A DNA stretch of 64,000 nucleotides. Source: Escherichia phage 236Ecol005PP. Within the stretch, counting starts at the first letter, position 1. Each line of letters starts with the position of its first letter. The translations under genes and the position numbers were made by a program. A model generated the notes under the pieces. That model was given only the letters and a program-made list of their open reading frames with translations, did no database searches and had not been told where the DNA came from. This document shows positions 37,395 through 47,742 of this stretch, piece after piece. Where the stretch lies: sequence record PP434423.1. One strand, written 5' to 3'.

Positions 37395-38032
37395 TGAATG
37401 AACCCCAATTACTAATTGAAACTTGGGGTCAACCTGGCGAAATTATTGATGGTGTGCCAATGCTTGAATCCCACGATGGAAAAGACTTAGGTTTAAAGCC
37501 GGGTTTATACATCGAAGGAATATTCATGCAAGCGGAAGTCGTCAATAGAAATAAACGTCTTTATCCAAAACGCATATTAGAAAAAGCGGTAAAAGACTAT
37601 ATCAATGAGCAAGTTTTAACTAAACAAGCTCTCGGAGAATTAAATCATCCTCCACGCGCTAATGTTGACCCGATGCAAGCCGCTATCATTATAGAAGATA
37701 TGTGGTGGAAAGGAAATGACGTATACGGACGAGCTCGTGTTATTGAAGGTGACCACGGTCCTGGAGATAAATTAGCAGCTAATATTCGTGCCGGATGGAT
37801 TCCAGGAGTTTCTTCTCGTGGATTAGGTTCATTGACTGACACAAATAAAGGTTATCGTATCGTAAACGAAGGATTCAAATTAACTGTAGGTGTTGATGCA
37901 GTATGGGGTCCAAGTGCTCCAGATGCATGGGTAACTCCTAAGGAAATTACCGAATCACAGACGGCGGAAGCCGATACAAGTGCCGATGACGCCTATATGG
38001 CTCTCGCAGAGGCCATGAAAAAAGCGTTATAA
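37394..38032 (+). CDS. 21: prohead core protease
   Basis: 212 aa as T4 gp21; synteny. Confidence 0.9.
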   Translation: MNEPQLLIETWGQPGEIIDGVPMLESHDGKDLGLKPGLYIEGIFMQAEVVNRNKRLYPKRILEKAVKDYINEQVLTKQALGELNHPPRANVDPMQAAIIIEDMWWKGNDVYGRARVIEGDHGPGDKLAANIRAGWIPGVSSRGLGSLTDTNKGYRIVNEGFKLTVGVDAVWGPSAPDAWVTPKEITESQTAEADTSADDAYMALAEAMKKAL

Positions 38033-38035
38033 ATA
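38028..38035 (+). promoter_or_regulatory. late promoter TATAAATA for gene 22
   Basis: exact TATAAATA overlapping the gp21 stop. Confidence 0.55.
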
Positions 38036-38062
38036 TTATTATCTAAACAACAGGACTACAAA

Positions 38063-38872
38063 ATGCTTAAAGAACAACTGATTGCTGAAGCGCAAAAAAT
38101 TGATGCTTCCGTTGCTCTTGATAGTATTTTCGAATCAGTTAGTATTTCTCCGGAAGCAAAAGAAACTTTCGGCACTGTATTCGAAGCTACCGTCAAGCAG
38201 CACGCCGTTAAATTAGCTGAATCCCATATCGCTAAAATTGCTGAAAAAGCAGAAGAAGAAGTAGAAAAAAATAAAGAAGAAGCCGAAGAAAAAGCTGAGA
38301 AGAAAATCGCTGAGCAAGCTTCTAAATTCATCGACCATCTTGCGAAAGAATGGCTCGCTGAAAATAAATTAGCAGTTGATAAAGGCATCAAAGCCGAATT
38401 GTTTGAATCCATGCTTGGTGGATTAAAAGAGCTCTTTGTTGAACACAACGTTGTTGTTCCAGAAGAATCAGTTGATATTGTAGCTGAAATGGAAGAAGAG
38501 CTGCAAGAACATAAAGAAGAATCAGCTCGTCTGTTCGAAGAACTCAATATGCGCGACGCATATATCAATTATGTGCAGCGTGAAGTGGCATTGAGCGAAA
38601 GTACTAAAGATCTGACTGAGTCTCAAAAAGAAAAAGTCTCTGCTCTGGTCGAAGGTATGGATTATTCAGATGAATTCTCAAATAAATTGAGTGCCATCGT
38701 AGAAATGGTGAAGAAGTCTAATAAAGATGAAAGCACTATTACTGAGGGTATAAATACTCCTGATACTGAAGCAGCCGGACTGAATTTCGTCACTGAAGCT
38801 GTAGAAGATAAAGCTGCACCTGGTGCAGAAGATATTGTAAGTGTATATGCGAAAGTCGCATCTCGTTTCTAA
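38063..38872 (+). CDS. 22: prohead core scaffold protein
   Basis: 269 aa, highly acidic coiled-coil; synteny. Confidence 0.9.
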   Translation: MLKEQLIAEAQKIDASVALDSIFESVSISPEAKETFGTVFEATVKQHAVKLAESHIAKIAEKAEEEVEKNKEEAEEKAEKKIAEQASKFIDHLAKEWLAENKLAVDKGIKAELFESMLGGLKELFVEHNVVVPEESVDIVAEMEEELQEHKEESARLFEELNMRDAYINYVQREVALSESTKDLTESQKEKVSALVEGMDYSDEFSNKLSAIVEMVKKSNKDESTITEGINTPDTEAAGLNFVTEAVEDKAAPGAEDIVSVYAKVASRF

Positions 38873-38890
38873 TTTTAAAGGTTAACACAA

Positions 38891-40456
38891 ATGACTATCA
38901 AAACTAAAGCTGAACTTTTGAACAAATGGAAGCCATTACTGGAAGGTGAAGGTTTACCGGAAATTGCTAATAGCAAACAAGCGATTATCGCTAAAATCTT
39001 TGAAAACCAGGAAAAAGATTTCCAGACAGCTCCAGAGTACAAAGACGAAAAAATCGCTCAGGCGTTCGGTTCTTTCTTAACAGAAGCTGAAATCGGTGGT
39101 GACCACGGTTACAATGCTACTAACATCGCTGCAGGTCAGACTTCTGGCGCAGTAACTCAGATTGGCCCAGCTGTTATGGGTATGGTACGTCGTGCTATTC
39201 CTAACCTGATTGCTTTCGATATTTGCGGTGTTCAGCCGATGAACAGCCCGACTGGCCAGGTATTCGCACTGCGCGCAGTATACGGTAAAGACCCGGTCGC
39301 TTCCGGTGCTAAAGAAGCATTCCACCCAATGTATGGTCCAGATGCAATGTTCTCTGGTCAGGGTGCTGCTAAGAAATTCGCTGCTTTGAAAGCAAGTGAT
39401 ACTCTTGAAGTTGGAACTATTTACACCCACTTCTTCCAGGACACTGGTACTGTGTATCTGCAAGCTACAGAAGTTAAGCAAATTGATACTAGTGCAACTG
39501 ACGCAGCTAAATTAGATGCTGAAATTAAGAAACAAATGGAAGCTGGTGTACTGGTAGAAATCGCTGAAGGTATGGCTACTTCTGTCGCTGAACTTCAGGA
39601 AAGTTTCAACGGTTCTACCGATAACCCATGGAATGAAATGGGCTTCCGTATCGATAAACAAGTTATCGAAGCTAAATCTCGCCAGCTGAAAGCTGCTTAC
39701 TCTATCGAATTAGCACAAGACCTCCGCGCTGTTCACGGTATGGATGCTGATGCTGAACTGTCTGGTATTCTGGCTACAGAAATCATGCTGGAAATTAACC
39801 GTGAAGTTGTTGATTGGATTAACTACTCAGCTCAGGTTGGTAAATCTGGTATGACCCTGACTCCGGGTTCTAAAGCTGGTGTATTTGACTTCCAGGATCC
39901 GATTGATATTCGTGGTGCTCGCTGGGCGGGTGAATCCTTTAAAGCTCTGTTGTTCCAGATTGACAAAGAAGCAGTTGAAATTGCTCGTCAGACTGGTCGT
40001 GGTGAAGGTAACTTCATTATCGCTTCCCGTAACGTAGTTAACGTTCTGGCTTCAGTTGATACCGGCATTTCTTATGCTGCACAGGGTCTGGCTACCGGCT
40101 TTAACACTGATACTACCAAGTCAGTATTTGCTGGTGTTCTGGGTGGTAAATACCGTGTATATATCGACCAGTATGCTAAACAGGATTATTTCACTGTAGG
40201 TTATAAAGGTCCGAACGAAATGGATGCTGGTATTTACTATGCTCCATATGTAGCTCTGACTCCGCTGCGTGGTTCCGATCCGAAGAACTTCCAACCAGTA
40301 ATGGGATTCAAAACTCGTTACGGTATCGGTATCAACCCATTTGCAGAATCCGCTGCTCAGGCTCCGGCTTCTCGCATCCAGAGCGGTATGCCTTCTATTC
40401 TGAATAGCCTTGGTAAAAACGCTTACTTCCGCCGTGTATATGTTAAAGGTATCTAA
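38891..40456 (+). CDS. 23: major capsid protein
   Basis: MTIKTKAELLNKWKPLLEGEG... 521 aa, T4 gp23 sequence. Confidence 0.97.
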   Translation: MTIKTKAELLNKWKPLLEGEGLPEIANSKQAIIAKIFENQEKDFQTAPEYKDEKIAQAFGSFLTEAEIGGDHGYNATNIAAGQTSGAVTQIGPAVMGMVRRAIPNLIAFDICGVQPMNSPTGQVFALRAVYGKDPVASGAKEAFHPMYGPDAMFSGQGAAKKFAALKASDTLEVGTIYTHFFQDTGTVYLQATEVKQIDTSATDAAKLDAEIKKQMEAGVLVEIAEGMATSVAELQESFNGSTDNPWNEMGFRIDKQVIEAKSRQLKAAYSIELAQDLRAVHGMDADAELSGILATEIMLEINREVVDWINYSAQVGKSGMTLTPGSKAGVFDFQDPIDIRGARWAGESFKALLFQIDKEAVEIARQTGRGEGNFIIASRNVVNVLASVDTGISYAAQGLATGFNTDTTKSVFAGVLGGKYRVYIDQYAKQDYFTVGYKGPNEMDAGIYYAPYVALTPLRGSDPKNFQPVMGFKTRYGIGINPFAESAAQAPASRIQSGMPSILNSLGKNAYFRRVYVKGI

Positions 40457-40471
40457 TCTTTGACGATTTAA

Positions 40472-40500
40472 GGGACCTTCGGGTCCCTTTAGTTGTTTTT
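40472..40500 (+). terminator. rho-independent terminator after gene 23
   Basis: GGGACCTTCGGGTCCC followed by T-rich tract. Confidence 0.7.
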
Positions 40501-40504
40501 ATGG

Positions 40505-40512
40505 TATAAATA
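40505..40512 (+). promoter_or_regulatory. late promoter TATAAATA for gene 24
   Basis: exact TATAAATA 28 nt upstream of ATG 40540. Confidence 0.55.
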
Positions 40513-40539
40513 AATCATATAAACTGAAAGGAAAGCGCA

Positions 40540-41823
40540 ATGGCTAAAATCAACGAACTTTTGCGCGAATCAACCACAACGAATAGCAACTCAATCGGTC
40601 GCCCAAATCTCGTTGCTTTGACTCGCGCTACCACTAAATTAATATATTCTGACATTGTAGCAACGCAAAGAACTAATCAACCTGTTGCTGCTTTTTATGG
40701 TATCAAATACCTTAACCCAGATAATGAATTTACATTTAAAACTGGTGCTACTTACGCTGGCGAAGCTGGGTACGTAGATCGAGAACAAATCACAGAATTA
40801 ACAGAAGAGTCTAAATTAACTCTCAATAAAGGCGATTTATTCAAATATAATAATATCGTTTATAAAGTATTAGAAGATACACCATTTGCTGATATTGAAG
40901 AAAGCGATTTAGAATTAGCTCTTCAGATTGCAATTGTTCTTTTAAAGGTTCGTCTATTTTCTGATGCTGCAGTAACAAGCAAATTTGAAAGCTCTGATAG
41001 CGAAATTGCGGATGCTAGATTCCAGATTAATAAATGGCAAACCGCAGTTAAATCTCGTAAACTTAAAACTGGCATTACGGTTGAATTAGCACAAGATTTA
41101 GAAGCAAATGGATTCGATGCTCCTAATTTCTTGGAAGATTTGCTTGCAACTGAAATGGCAGATGAAATCAATAAAGATATTCTGCAATCTTTGATTACAG
41201 TATCAAAACGCTATAAAGTTACAGGAATTACTGATAGTGGATTCATCGATTTGAGTTATGCATCTGCTCCTGAAGCAGGTCGTTCATTATACCGAATGGT
41301 ATGTGAAATGGTTTCGCATATCCAAAAAGAATCAACTTATACAGCAACGTTCTGTGTTGCTTCTGCTCGTGCCGCTGCGATTCTTGCTGCATCAGGTTGG
41401 TTAAAACATAAACCAGAAGATGACAAATATCTTTCACAAAATGCCTACGGGTTATTAGCTAATGGTTTACCGCTTTATTGCGATACTAACAGCCCATTAG
41501 ATTATGTAATCGTTGGTGTAGTAGAAAATATCGGTGAAAAAGAAATTGTTGGATCAATTTTCTATGCTCCGTATACAGAAGGTCTTGACTTAGATGACCC
41601 TGAACATGTAGGTGCATTTAAAGTTGTAGTTGATCCAGAAAGCTTACAACCATCTATCGGTTTATTGGTTAGATATGCTTTATCTGCAAATCCTTACACT
41701 GTAGCAAAAGATGAAAAAGAAGCAAGAATAATTGATGGTGGAGACATGGATAAAATGGCGGGTCGTTCAGATTTGTCTGTTTTATTAGGTGTTAAACTGC
41801 CAAAAATTATCGTTGATGAATAA
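40540..41823 (+). CDS. 24: capsid vertex protein
   Basis: 427 aa as T4 gp24; gp23 paralogue. Confidence 0.95.
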   Translation: MAKINELLRESTTTNSNSIGRPNLVALTRATTKLIYSDIVATQRTNQPVAAFYGIKYLNPDNEFTFKTGATYAGEAGYVDREQITELTEESKLTLNKGDLFKYNNIVYKVLEDTPFADIEESDLELALQIAIVLLKVRLFSDAAVTSKFESSDSEIADARFQINKWQTAVKSRKLKTGITVELAQDLEANGFDAPNFLEDLLATEMADEINKDILQSLITVSKRYKVTGITDSGFIDLSYASAPEAGRSLYRMVCEMVSHIQKESTYTATFCVASARAAAILAASGWLKHKPEDDKYLSQNAYGLLANGLPLYCDTNSPLDYVIVGVVENIGEKEIVGSIFYAPYTEGLDLDDPEHVGAFKVVVDPESLQPSIGLLVRYALSANPYTVAKDEKEARIIDGGDMDKMAGRSDLSVLLGVKLPKIIVDE

Positions 41824-41829
41824 AACAAA

Positions 41830-41850
41830 GGGACCGAAAGGTCCCTTTTT
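41830..41850. terminator. bidirectional terminator between gene 24 (+) and rnlB (-)
   Basis: GGGACCGAAAGGTCCC flanked by T-run on plus and A-run upstream. Confidence 0.7.
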
Positions 41851-41852
41851 AT

Positions 41853-42857
41853 TTAACTTACCAATTCAATCCAAGCCGGACGAAGTACATCTTGTACCAT
41901 TTTAACTAATTCCTTTTTAATCAAAGAAGGATTATCCGCTTGAGTTAGAGTAATACCTTCACGAGAAGTTTCTTCCAAAATATCTTGAACAGTTAGCCCC
42001 ATCACCTTTCCAAAATCCTTTGGACCAATTTCGCCAATTTTAGAAATAACGTTATTTACTCGGTTCAGTGTAACGTAGCAAGCTAAAATTCCCAGCAATT
42101 TATTATCAGCTTCTGACAGCTCAACTTTAGCTTTAATAGGCTTATCAGACTTTTTCTTTTCGCTAAATTTAGAGTTCTTGCATTTAATAGCTACACGATT
42201 GCCATTAGGCATCCAAGAAGGATAACAAGGTTTCAATACATATCCTTCAGCAGTAAATACTTCGCCTTTTGCTTCGGCATTCCAAACGCATTTATTTGCA
42301 TCAACTAATCCAGCATGGTCTACTGTAAAATTATAATCCTGGACGACAGAATCTAAATCATTTGGCAATTTAATAAGTTCTTCAAATTTACCACGACCCA
42401 AAAGTGGAGCCGTTTTAAATTTGAATGTATTACAGAATGATTCCATCATATAATCATCGACATAAGTCACATCACCACTTTCTGTAGTAACAATAATGTC
42501 AAATACATAAAAATCTTTATCACCATAATCGACATTCTTCTGAATGCCAGGTCCAGCGAATTCGCCAAAAACTTGATAAGATACAACTGCTGAAGTTTCC
42601 ATAATATCTTGCACTGCTTTAATGGAATCAGCGTAATTCTTTAAAATAATTTCATACCCAAAGAAATCTTCAGCAGGAAGAATCGGTCCAGTACGTTTAG
42701 CACAAGTTGCTTTATCGCGTTCAATAATCAGTGAGAAATTTGTGCCATGAATCTTTTCACGAGCTACCCATTCGCCGTCAGTCAATCCTAAACTGTAAAG
42801 TTTTTCAATGAATTTAGAATTGTAATGATTTTCAAGACTGCTATACTTTTTAAACAT
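41853..42857 (-). CDS. rnlB: RNA ligase 2
   Basis: nucleotidyltransferase motif I KIHGTN; 334 aa as T4 Rnl2. Confidence 0.9.
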   Translation of the reverse strand: MFKKYSSLENHYNSKFIEKLYSLGLTDGEWVAREKIHGTNFSLIIERDKATCAKRTGPILPAEDFFGYEIILKNYADSIKAVQDIMETSAVVSYQVFGEFAGPGIQKNVDYGDKDFYVFDIIVTTESGDVTYVDDYMMESFCNTFKFKTAPLLGRGKFEELIKLPNDLDSVVQDYNFTVDHAGLVDANKCVWNAEAKGEVFTAEGYVLKPCYPSWMPNGNRVAIKCKNSKFSEKKKSDKPIKAKVELSEADNKLLGILACYVTLNRVNNVISKIGEIGPKDFGKVMGLTVQDILEETSREGITLTQADNPSLIKKELVKMVQDVLRPAWIELVS

Positions 42858-42866
42858 AATTAATCC

Positions 42867-43145
42867 TCAAAATGTAATTTCTAACCAATCACCATCACGC
42901 TGATCACTATTGACTTTAAAGCTAAATCCTTCTTTTCTCAGCCAATCACCAATTTCTTCAGTAATCAATTTATCGCGAGCGATACAATAATAACTAAAAT
43001 ATGTTTTACCTTGTTCAGCTGCTTTATTGGCAAGTTCCGAAAAATCTTTAATAAAACACTCTAGCTTAAACTGTTTACTTTTTAATGCTTTTTCGCGTAG
43101 TTGATTAGCAAAAGATTCATTTTCATAAAGATCATACTGTTCCAT
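42867..43145 (-). CDS. hypothetical protein (24.2 position), 92 aa
   Basis: ATG start; positional. Confidence 0.6.
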   Translation of the reverse strand: MEQYDLYENESFANQLREKALKSKQFKLECFIKDFSELANKAAEQGKTYFSYYCIARDKLITEEIGDWLRKEGFSFKVNSDQRDGDWLEITF

Positions 43146-43335
43146 TTTTCACCTTTTTATTGATATGTCTTTTTCTATAGACGACTTTTTCTCGAGTTTC
43201 AAATTTATTCTTAGCAGTCATAGCTCGAGCCCATAATACAGCCACTTCTTTCGCCTGTAAGTTCAATTCACGAGCAATTTCAATGAATGACTTTCCAGAC
43301 TCATGAAGAGTAAACACCACAACCTCAGTTCTCAT
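43132..43335 (-). CDS. small helix-turn-helix-like protein (24.3 position), 67 aa
   Basis: ATG 43335 (track start 43341 is TTG); HTH-like segment GKSFIEIARELNLQAKEVAVLWARA. Confidence 0.55.
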   Translation of the reverse strand: MRTEVVVFTLHESGKSFIEIARELNLQAKEVAVLWARAMTAKNKFETREKVVYRKRHINKKVKNGTV

Positions 43336-43403
43336 AATCAATCCCGTATTATTTGGTTTGTGCCATTATATACATCAATCTCAAGATGTGTTTTGTATGC
43401 TTT

Positions 43404-43430
43404 AAAAACGAAGAAAGGGGCCGAAGCCCC
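43404..43430 (-). terminator. rho-independent terminator after hoc
   Basis: minus GGGGCUUCGGCCCC followed by UUUCUUCGUUUUU. Confidence 0.65.
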
Positions 43431-43434
43431 ACGA

Positions 43435-44565
43435 TTATGGATAAGTATAGATGATACCAGTTTCTAAAGCAGTTTTATGAATGATGTATCCATTACGTGA
43501 TTCTTGAACATCAACTTCTGGATAATCTTGAATCATCTTCTGAAGAGTGTAACGATGCAGGTAATATTTACTATCTGGGTCGTCAGTTTTCCAATCTTTA
43601 CCTTCTTCGGTCATTTTTTGGATTTCATCCATAACCCACCAACCGCACCAGATATAAGCTGAAGTACGGTGTGGAAGAGGATGAACATAAGGCAATTCAC
43701 CTTCTGGTTCCGGAGCAACTTTATCAGTCACTTGAACTTGACCTTCTGCTGTAATAGTTTTGCTATCATAATCAGTAGCAGTAACAGTAGCAGTAACTTC
43801 AATGGTTTGACTTCCAACAGATGAGGTATCAACGGTATATACATTAGTTGACCCTTCTACAGGAGAAGAATCTTTCTTCCATGAATAAGTAATTTGCGCT
43901 TCTTCTGGAGCATCAGTAACATTAGCAGTAAATGTAGCCGAAGCATCTTGTTGAACGTTAATAGAAGGAGGAGTCAATGTAACCTGTGGATTCATTGTCT
44001 TCTTATTAACCGTTAATGATACTTCATTAGAAGTAACGCTTAGTGCATCATAATCTGTCGCGGTTACTTGAGCTACACACTTGATTTTTTTAACTCCGCT
44101 TGTGGTAGGAGTGTAATTGAATGTAGCGCTAGTTGCTTCGTCCACAGGAGAATCATCTACATACCACTGATACGTAGCAGATGCTCCATCAGGTTGAGAA
44201 GCTAAGGCAGCAGTAAATTGAACTGGGGTTCCGATTACTCCAGCGTCAGGGCTATCAGGAGTTACTGCTAAGGTGGTCGTTTGTGTCTTATTTTTAACCG
44301 TGATAGTCGTAGTAATTTCTGCTGTTTCGGGACTACTATCGGCAACTTGATTTGTTGCAACAACTTTAATTGTTTTTGTTCCAGCAGGTCCTTTTAATAC
44401 ATAATTAAAAGTTGCTTCAGCTCCATCTTGTGGAACATTATCTACGCTCCAAGCATATGTAATAGGTCCATCTCCAGTTTGACCACTGGGTGTAGCAGTA
44501 AACTGCTGAGTCTGATCTATAACTCCAGTAGGTGTTTTAGGAGTTATATCAACTGTAAAAGCCAT
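43435..44565 (-). CDS. hoc: highly immunogenic outer capsid protein (Ig-like domains)
   Basis: 376 aa as T4 Hoc; repeated Ig-like segments; synteny. Confidence 0.9.
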   Translation of the reverse strand: MAFTVDITPKTPTGVIDQTQQFTATPSGQTGDGPITYAWSVDNVPQDGAEATFNYVLKGPAGTKTIKVVATNQVADSSPETAEITTTITVKNKTQTTTLAVTPDSPDAGVIGTPVQFTAALASQPDGASATYQWYVDDSPVDEATSATFNYTPTTSGVKKIKCVAQVTATDYDALSVTSNEVSLTVNKKTMNPQVTLTPPSINVQQDASATFTANVTDAPEEAQITYSWKKDSSPVEGSTNVYTVDTSSVGSQTIEVTATVTATDYDSKTITAEGQVQVTDKVAPEPEGELPYVHPLPHRTSAYIWCGWWVMDEIQKMTEEGKDWKTDDPDSKYYLHRYTLQKMIQDYPEVDVQESRNGYIIHKTALETGIIYTYP

Positions 44566-44574
44566 AAGTTATCC

Positions 44575-45255
44575 TTATTTTAATGTTACGAAAGAAGAAT
44601 TGCGTGTTTCACGAATTAGAACTGATCCGTCGCGATTAATATAATAAATTAAGCTAAATAAAGTTTGGTGTGCCGACGCATGTTCAAAACTAGTTGGGTG
44701 AGATTTCCAATCCGGAGTTTCAGCTATCCATTGATAAATCCACCAAGGAACAGTGCAGAATCCTGGATTTTTTCCAATCAGCTGAAGATTCGGGCTAAAG
44801 TTTTCCGGAAGAGTAAATACAGACGGCTTTTCAGATTCAATAATCTCAGCTACAGCTTGCTCGAATTTTTCTTCAACAAAAGGAGTATCTTCAATCAAAA
44901 CATCGGTATTTTCGGGAATTTTATCCGTTTCGACTACTTCAATTTTAATGTCAGATTTAACCGGAGAATCAATCAGAAGTGCTGCTTCTGGATTGACTTC
45001 TTCATCGTCATATTTTAATCCCTCTGCGGCATCAGCAGCATTGATTAAGTCTTTAATAGATAACCCATCAGTCTCTGGCATAGGTTCACTAGCGAGCTTC
45101 TGGAGGGCTTCTTCAATATCAACAACGATATTATCAAAAGATTTATTCTTTTTGACCTTTATACCAAACTGTTCAGCGTATTCAGCTAATTTAGCTTTAG
45201 CTTCTTTATTATCATCAAGAGCCTTCAGCTCTGCAATATAATCTTTATCTATCAT
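44575..45255 (-). CDS. inh: inhibitor of prohead protease
   Basis: 226 aa as T4 Inh; synteny hoc-inh-segE. Confidence 0.85.
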   Translation of the reverse strand: MIDKDYIAELKALDDNKEAKAKLAEYAEQFGIKVKKNKSFDNIVVDIEEALQKLASEPMPETDGLSIKDLINAADAAEGLKYDDEEVNPEAALLIDSPVKSDIKIEVVETDKIPENTDVLIEDTPFVEEKFEQAVAEIIESEKPSVFTLPENFSPNLQLIGKNPGFCTVPWWIYQWIAETPDWKSHPTSFEHASAHQTLFSLIYYINRDGSVLIRETRNSSFVTLK

Positions 45256-45268
45256 AATATTTCCTCAG

Positions 45269-45276
45269 TATAAATA
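45269..45276 (+). promoter_or_regulatory. TATAAATA late-promoter motif upstream of segE
   Basis: exact TATAAATA 29 nt upstream of ATG 45305. Confidence 0.4.
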
Positions 45277-45304
45277 TAGATATATTTATTACTCGGAAAA
45301 TAGT

Positions 45305-45922
45305 ATGTACCACTTTGTATATGAAACGACAAATCTAATAAATGGTAAAAAGTATATAGGAAAACACTCTACTGATGACTTGAATGATGGCTACCTTGGT
45401 TCCGGTAAAGCAATTCAGCAGGCTATAAAGAAATATGGTGAAAAGAATTTCTCTAGAACAATACTAAAAGAGTTTAAAACTTCCGAAGAAGCGTACATGT
45501 ATGAAGAAGAAATTATAACTCCTGAACTAATAAAAAGCAAAAATTATTATAATATGAAACCTGGTGGAATTGGTGGAATTGTTATGACTGCAGAGGTTAT
45601 AGCAAAGATGAAAGAATCTTCCGCTAAGAGATTTGAAAACTCACCGGGCACGGTATTAGGTACAACTTGTTACACCAATGGAACTAAAAATATTTTTATT
45701 AAACCTGGAGAACTTGTTCCAGAAGGATTTGTAAAAGGGATGGTTCATCTTAATAGAAAGTCCAGAAAAGGATGTAAAGTCAAACCGACTACCACAGGAA
45801 CTTTTTGGGTCAATAATGGAGCAATAAATAAATTAATACAACCAGACGGTATTATTCCCGACGGATTTATTAAAGGTCGTCTCATGAAAAGAGACTCTAA
45901 AGGCAAATTTAGTAAGGCATAA
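45305..45922 (+). CDS. segE: GIY-YIG homing endonuclease
   Basis: N-terminal GIY-YIG motif (HFVYETTNLINGKKYIGK); 205 aa; position between inh and uvsW as in T4. Confidence 0.85.
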   Translation: MYHFVYETTNLINGKKYIGKHSTDDLNDGYLGSGKAIQQAIKKYGEKNFSRTILKEFKTSEEAYMYEEEIITPELIKSKNYYNMKPGGIGGIVMTAEVIAKMKESSAKRFENSPGTVLGTTCYTNGTKNIFIKPGELVPEGFVKGMVHLNRKSRKGCKVKPTTTGTFWVNNGAINKLIQPDGIIPDGFIKGRLMKRDSKGKFSKA

Positions 45923-45924
45923 TT

Positions 45925-47433
45925 ATGGATATTAAAGTACATTTTCACGACTTCAGTCATGTACGCATCGATTGTGAAGAGAGCACGTTCCACGAATTAA
46001 GAGATTTCTTTTCGTTTGAGGCCGATGGATATAGGTTTAATCCTCGCTTCAGATATGGCAACTGGGATGGACGAATCCGTCTTTTAGATTATAATCGCCT
46101 TCTTCCATTTGGCTTAGTCGGGCAAATTAAAAAGTTCTGTGATAACTTTGGCTATAAAGCCTGGATTGACCCGCAGATTAACGAAAAAGAAGAATTATCA
46201 AGAAAAGATTTTGATGAATGGCTTTCTAAATTAGAAATCTATTCAGGAAATAAAAGAATTGAACCACACTGGTATCAAAAAGATGCAGTGTTCGAAGGAT
46301 TAGTTAATCGTCGTAGAATTCTTAATCTTCCAACATCCGCAGGTAAATCTTTAATTCAAGCTTTGCTTGCTCGATATTATTTGGAAAATTATGAAGGTAA
46401 AATTCTTATCATTGTTCCAACAACTGCTCTGACAACTCAGATGGCTGATGACTTTGTTGACTATCGTTTATTCAGTCATGCAATGATAAAGAAAATCGGT
46501 GGTGGAGCATCAAAAGATGATAAATATAAAAATGATGCACCGGTCGTTGTTGGTACATGGCAAACTGTAGTAAAACAACCGAAAGAATGGTTCTCACAGT
46601 TTGGAATGATGATGAATGATGAATGCCATCTTGCTACAGGAAAAAGTATTTCATCTATCATATCAGGTTTAAATAACTGCATGTTTAAATTTGGTTTGTC
46701 CGGTTCATTGCGTGATGGCAAAGCTAATATCATGCAGTATGTTGGAATGTTTGGTGAAATATTTAAGCCAGTAACGACTTCTAAATTAATGGAAGATGGA
46801 CAAGTAACTGAGTTAAAAATTAATAGTATTTTTCTTCGCTATCCCGATGAGTTCACTACTAAATTAAAGGGAAAAACTTACCAAGAAGAAATAAAAATTA
46901 TTACTGGGCTCAGTAAAAGAAATAAATGGATCGCTAAATTAGCTATTAAGCTTGCGCAAAAAGATGAAAACGCTTTTGTCATGTTTAAGCATGTATCACA
47001 TGGTAAAGCTATTTTCGATTTAATTAAAAATGAATACGATAAAGTTTATTACGTATCAGGGGAAGTTGATACCGAAACCCGCAATATAATGAAAACCTTA
47101 GCTGAAAACGGTAAAGGAATAATTATAGTAGCTAGTTATGGTGTATTTTCTACTGGTATTTCAGTTAAAAATCTGCATCACGTTGTTTTAGCGCACGGTG
47201 TTAAATCTAAAATTATTGTATTGCAAACAATAGGTCGCGTATTACGTAAGCATGGTTCTAAAACAATCGCAACGGTCTGGGACCTCATAGATGATTGTGG
47301 CGTCAAGCCAAAATCTGCTAATACGAAAAAGAAATATGTTCATTTGAACTATCTTTTAAAACACGGCATTGATCGTATTCAGCGCTACGCAGATGAAAAA
47401 TTTAATTACGTAATGAAAACAGTTAATTTATAA
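45925..47433 (+). CDS. uvsW: UvsW DNA/RNA helicase (SF2)
   Basis: Walker A LPTSAGKS, DECH box; 502 aa. Confidence 0.9.
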   Translation: MDIKVHFHDFSHVRIDCEESTFHELRDFFSFEADGYRFNPRFRYGNWDGRIRLLDYNRLLPFGLVGQIKKFCDNFGYKAWIDPQINEKEELSRKDFDEWLSKLEIYSGNKRIEPHWYQKDAVFEGLVNRRRILNLPTSAGKSLIQALLARYYLENYEGKILIIVPTTALTTQMADDFVDYRLFSHAMIKKIGGGASKDDKYKNDAPVVVGTWQTVVKQPKEWFSQFGMMMNDECHLATGKSISSIISGLNNCMFKFGLSGSLRDGKANIMQYVGMFGEIFKPVTTSKLMEDGQVTELKINSIFLRYPDEFTTKLKGKTYQEEIKIITGLSKRNKWIAKLAIKLAQKDENAFVMFKHVSHGKAIFDLIKNEYDKVYYVSGEVDTETRNIMKTLAENGKGIIIVASYGVFSTGISVKNLHHVVLAHGVKSKIIVLQTIGRVLRKHGSKTIATVWDLIDDCGVKPKSANTKKKYVHLNYLLKHGIDRIQRYADEKFNYVMKTVNL

Positions 47434-47445
47434 GGGCTTCGGCCC
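47434..47445 (+). promoter_or_regulatory. hairpin GGGCTTCGGCCC between uvsW stop and uvsW.1 RBS
   Basis: GC stem with TTCG loop immediately upstream of GGAG RBS. Confidence 0.4.
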
Positions 47446-47458
47446 TTTGGAGAAAAAG

Positions 47459-47689
47459 ATGTTACTAGAATTTAAACAATTTCTTTATGAAGCTTCTATT
47501 GATGAATTTATGGGTAAAATTGCCTCTTGCCAAACATTAGAAGGTCTAGAAGAACTCGAAGCTTATTATAAGAAAAGAGTTAAAGAAACTGAATTAAAAG
47601 ATACTGATGACATCTCTGTGAGAGATGCTTTGGCAGGAAAAAGAGCTGAATTAGAAGATTCAGACGATGAAGTAGAAGAAAGCTTTTAA
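47459..47689 (+). CDS. uvsW.1: UvsW.1 small acidic protein, 76 aa
   Basis: ATG 47459 with GGAG RBS (track start 47447 is TTG); different frame from uvsW. Confidence 0.75.
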   Translation: MLLEFKQFLYEASIDEFMGKIASCQTLEGLEELEAYYKKRVKETELKDTDDISVRDALAGKRAELEDSDDEVEESF

Positions 47690-47742
47690 ATTAAAAAAGG
47701 CCCAACCAAAAAAGGAAGGGCCAAAACTATAGACTAAAGGTC

